Assembly (NCBI GenBank): GCA_963778115.1
Contig: CAVZSV010000004.1
Location: 352,001 to 416,000, forward strand
Length of the DNA stretch: 64,000 bases
DNA from: an uncultured delta proteobacterium
GTDB taxonomy: Bacteria > Bdellovibrionota > FAC87 > UBA2466
Direction: 5' to 3'
Below the pieces are notes generated by a model, which ran no database searches, had not been told where the DNA came from, and was given only the letters and a program-made list of their open reading frames with translations. The position numbers and the translations under genes are program-made. This document shows positions 60,575-64,000 of the stretch, piece by piece. The stretch's first letter is position 1. Each line of letters begins with the position of its first letter.

Positions 60575-63500
60575 AAGATCTTCTGAATTTCTTCGATAAG
60601 CCGAAGGATCCGTTGAGCTTTACGGCCGTCAAAATTTCTTTGGCGAGCCCAGAGAAGATCCGGTCCTGGTCTTATGGAGAGGTTAAGAAGCCGGAAACGA
60701 TCAACTACCGCACCTTTAAACCGGAGCGGGACGGTCTTTTCTGCGCTAAGATCTTTGGACCGGTAAAAGACTACGAATGTAACTGCGGTAAGTACAAGCG
60801 AATGAAACACCGTGGTGTCGTTTGCGAAAAGTGCGGTGTCGAAGTCATTCAGTCTAAAGTACGCCGTGAGCGGCTGGGTCATATTGAACTAGCTACTCCG
60901 GTGGCTCATATCTGGTTCCTTCGCAGTCTTCCGAGTCGAATCGGTGCTGTTTTAGATATCTCTCTAAAGAATTTAGAGCGCGTTCTTTATTGCGAAGCCT
61001 ACGTCTGTACGGATCCTGGAAAATCAGAACTTAAGAAGGGCGAAATCCTAACCGAGGACGACTATTCCAACGCTCGCAAGGAATGGAAACAAGATTTCAA
61101 AGCGGCCATGGGTGCGGAAGCCGTTCGCGACATGCTCAAAGAGGTGGACTGCGAACTTCTAGCGCGTGACCTTCGTTTAGCTTTGGCCAAGACCTCGAGT
61201 GAAACCGTTCAAAAGGCCCTTTCTAAGCGCCTAAAGGTCGTGGAAGCTTTCAAAAGCTCGGGCAATCGTCCTGAATGGATGATGCTCGAAGTGATCCCAG
61301 TCATTCCGCCCGATCTGCGTCCTTTGGTTCCTTTGGATGGCGGCCGGTTTGCAACTTCGGATCTTAATGACCTTTATCGTCGAGTAATCAACCGCAACAA
61401 CCGCTTGAAGCGTCTTCAAGAGCTCAATGCCCCTGAGATCATCATTCGTAACGAAAAGCGAATGCTGCAAGAAGCGGTCGATGCCTTATTCGATAACGGA
61501 CGTCGGGGAAGAACCTTCACCGGACCCAACAAACGTCCGCTTCGCTCCTTGAGTGACATGCTCAAAGGTAAGCAGGGTCGTTTCCGTCAGAACCTTTTAG
61601 GAAAACGCGTGGACTACTCTGGCCGGTCGGTCATCGTGGTTGGTCCCGAGCTGAAACTGCACCAGTGCGGTCTTCCCAAGAAGATGGCCTTGGAGCTTTT
61701 CAAGCCCTTCATTTTTAACAAGCTTGAGGAACGCGGTTACGTCACCACCATCAAGAGTGCCAAGAAGATGGTGGAGAAAGAAAAAGAAGAAGTTTGGGAT
61801 ATTTTGGACGAAGTGGTGAAAGAGCATCCTGTGCTCCTAAACCGAGCTCCAACGCTCCATCGTTTGGGTATTCAGGCGTTTGAGCCTGTCCTTATCGAAG
61901 GTAAAGCGATTCAGCTCCACCCGTTAGTGTGTCAGACCTTTAACGCGGATTTCGACGGCGATCAGATGGCGGTACACGTTCCTTTGAGCGTTGAAGCGCA
62001 ATTGGAAGCCCGCGTTCTGATGATGTCCACCAATAACATTTTGTCTCCGGCGTATGGAAAGCCGATTATCGATCCGACTCAGGATATCGTGTTGGGTGCC
62101 TACTACATGACCCAGCAGCGGGTGGCTCTAAAAGGAGAAGGAAAGCGATTTTCTAATCCGGCGGAAGCCATTTACGCCTTCCATGTGGGCGAAGTCGACC
62201 TCCATGCCAAGATCACGGTTCGTCTTTCTGACAAGAAATACGAAACTTCGGTCGGACGTCTCATTCTTCGGGAAATTATCCCGACTGAGATTCCCTTCGA
62301 TGAATACAACCGTGTCATGGACAAGCGCGCTTTGGCCGAGCTGATGGACATGTGTTATCGGATGGCTGGTAATAAACGCACGGTAATGCTCGCGGATAGG
62401 CTACGAACCTTAGGTTTCGAATACGCCACCAAAGCCGGTGTGAGCATTTGTATGCAGGACATGAAGATTCCTTCGAAGAAGGCAGCCCTGTTAGATGCCG
62501 CTTATACCGAAGTCCAAGAGATTCAAAATCAGTACACCGAAGGTCTCATCACGGACGGCGAGCGCTATAACAAAGTCATCGATATTTGGGCGCAGGTCAC
62601 CGAACAGGTCGCCGAGCAGATGATGGAAGAGTTGTCAGTCGACTTCGTCTTGGATGCTTCGGGCAAAAAGATTCCTCTAACCAGCTTAAACTCCATTTAT
62701 ATGATGGCTGATTCTGGCGCCCGAGGTAGTGCGGCACAGATTAAGCAGTTGGCCGGTATGCGCGGTTTGATGGCTCGTCCGTCGGGCGAAATCATTGAAA
62801 CTCCGATTACCGCTAACTTCCGTGAAGGCTTGGATGCGCTGCAGTACTTCATTTCGACTCACGGAGCTCGAAAAGGTTTGGCTGATACCGCTTTGAAGAC
62901 CGCTCATTCCGGATATCTGACGCGTCGTTTAGTAGACGTCGCCCAGGATATCGTCGTGAACGAAATCGATTGTAAGACAACAGATGGCATTGAAATCACG
63001 GCCCTCGTAGAGGGTGGTGAAATCATCGAAGCCATCGGAGATCGTATCTTAGGTCGAGTAGCACTTGATGACATCAAAGACCCGTACAACGATCAGGTTC
63101 TGGTGAAGGCCAATGATCCTATCGATGAAGATCGGATGCGGATCATTGAAGAGGCCGGCATTGAGAAGGTTACCATCCGCTCAGGTCTTACCTGCCGCGC
63201 AACCACGGGTATTTGCTGTCTGTGCTACGGTCGCGACCTTTCTCGCGGACACTTGGTGAATATCGGTGAAGCGGTGGGAATTATCGCGGCACAAAGTATC
63301 GGGGAACCCGGAACCCAGCTAACGATGCGTACCTTCCACGTGGGAGGAACCGCAACGAGACGTGCCGAACAGAGTTCACTCGAAATTCGCCACGACGGTC
63401 TTATCAAACTCATTCGAGTCAATTTGGTAAAAGATCGCCATGATACGTTCACGGTCATGAACCGAAACGGAGAGCTTGCGATCTTGGACGACAGCGGTCG

Positions 63501-64000
63501 TGAAAGAGAACGTTATACTTTGGTTTACGGAGCTAAACTGAGCGTCCAAGACGGAGCGCGAGTTACCAAAGGAACGGTAGTAGCGACCTGGGATCCTTAC
63601 ACAGTACCAGTGCTCACCGAGCAAGGCGGTAAGGTCTCCTTCGTGGATATTTCCGAAGGTATGTCGCTCTCTGAACAGGTGGACGAAGTCACAGGCTTAA
63701 GCCGACGCGTTATCATCGATTCCAGGGATACCGACCTTCGCCCGCGGATCGTCATTCTCGATGACCAAAAGAATCCGAAAGCGACCTACCAGTTGCCCAT
63801 CGGTGCTAACATCGTGGTGTTCGATAACGATGCCATCTTCCCTGGCGATGCGATTGCCAAGATTCCTCGCGAGACGACGAAAACCAAGGATATCACCGGA
63901 GGTCTTCCGCGGGTTGCCGAGCTCTTCGAAGCTCGTAAGCCCAAAGAGTGTGCCGCCATCAGTGAAATCGACGGTCAAATCTCTTTCGGTAAGGACAGCA
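60571..64000 (+). CDS. rpoC: RNA polymerase beta' subunit, partial (runs off window end)
   Basis: ATGA overlap with rpo[34 protein letters not shown] near 61942. Confidence 0.99.
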   Translation, partial: MKDLLNFFDKPKDPLSFTAVKISLASPEKIRSWSYGEVKKPETINYRTFKPERDGLFCAKIFGPVKDYECNCGKYKRMKHRGVVCEKCGVEVIQSKVRRERLGHIELATPVAHIWFLRSLPSRIGAVLDISLKNLERVLYCEAYVCTDPGKSELKKGEILTEDDYSNARKEWKQDFKAAMGAEAVRDMLKEVDCELLARDLRLALAKTSSETVQKALSKRLKVVEAFKSSGNRPEWMMLEVIPVIPPDLRPLVPLDGGRFATSDLNDLYRRVINRNNRLKRLQELNAPEIIIRNEKRMLQEAVDALFDNGRRGRTFTGPNKRPLRSLSDMLKGKQGRFRQNLLGKRVDYSGRSVIVVGPELKLHQCGLPKKMALELFKPFIFNKLEERGYVTTIKSAKKMVEKEKEEVWDILDEVVKEHPVLLNRAPTLHRLGIQAFEPVLIEGKAIQLHPLVCQTFNADFDGDQMAVHVPLSVEAQLEARVLMMSTNNILSPAYGKPIIDPTQDIVLGAYYMTQQRVALKGEGKRFSNPAEAIYAFHVGEVDLHAKITVRLSDKKYETSVGRLILREIIPTEIPFDEYNRVMDKRALAELMDMCYRMAGNKRTVMLADRLRTLGFEYATKAGVSICMQDMKIPSKKAALLDAAYTEVQEIQNQYTEGLITDGERYNKVIDIWAQVTEQVAEQMMEELSVDFVLDASGKKIPLTSLNSIYMMADSGARGSAAQIKQLAGMRGLMARPSGEIIETPITANFREGLDALQYFISTHGARKGLADTALKTAHSGYLTRRLVDVAQDIVVNEIDCKTTDGIEITALVEGGEIIEAIGDRILGRVALDDIKDPYNDQVLVKANDPIDEDRMRIIEEAGIEKVTIRSGLTCRATTGICCLCYGRDLSRGHLVNIGEAVGIIAAQSIGEPGTQLTMRTFHVGGTATRRAEQSSLEIRHDGLIKLIRVNLVKDRHDTFTVMNRNGELAILDDSGRERERYTLVYGAKLSVQDGARVTKGTVVATWDPYTVPVLTEQGGKVSFVDISEGMSLSEQVDEVTGLSRRVIIDSRDTDLRPRIVILDDQKNPKATYQLPIGANIVVFDNDAIFPGDAIAKIPRETTKTKDITGGLPRVAELFEARKPKECAAISEIDGQISFGKDS

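Noticed and set aside
56624..63978. Many antisense ORFs over rpoB/rpoC (and likewise over tuf and ppc)
   Set aside because: Shadow ORFs of conserved genes without RBS or motifs

Overview
Chromosomal window of a roughly 50% GC bacterium, most consistent with Bdellovibrionota/Oligoflexia or a related deltaproteobacterial lineage (inferred from RpoB/RpoC sequence style, paired TIGR02147 genes and many orphan secreted proteins and lipoproteins). Core genes are the 5' part of sucA, msrB-msrA, ppc, tag, tRNA-Gly/Thr/Trp, tuf, rpmG and secE-nusG-rplKAJL-rpoB-rpoC (rpoC partial). The usually contiguous tRNA-tuf-rpmG-trpT-secE cluster is broken: tRNA-Gly is inverted about 3.6 kb upstream, and about 35 kb of accessory genes with no integrase separate tRNA-Trp from secE. 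The best candidates for new biology are: (i) a divergent extracytoplasmic lipid-processing locus (BPI/TULIP-like protein, atypical patatin, permuted NlpC/P60, two lipases, OEP-like proteins, decayed CPAF-like protease); (ii) two tandem TIGR02147-regulator/lipoprotein cassettes with candidate operator boxes; (iii) a structured tRNA-Gly-linked repeat; (iv) signal-peptide-bearing nuclease-like and acyltransferase-like proteins and several Planctomycete-style secreted proteins, some behind sigma-54-type promoters. All family calls come from motif recognition by eye; no searches were run.
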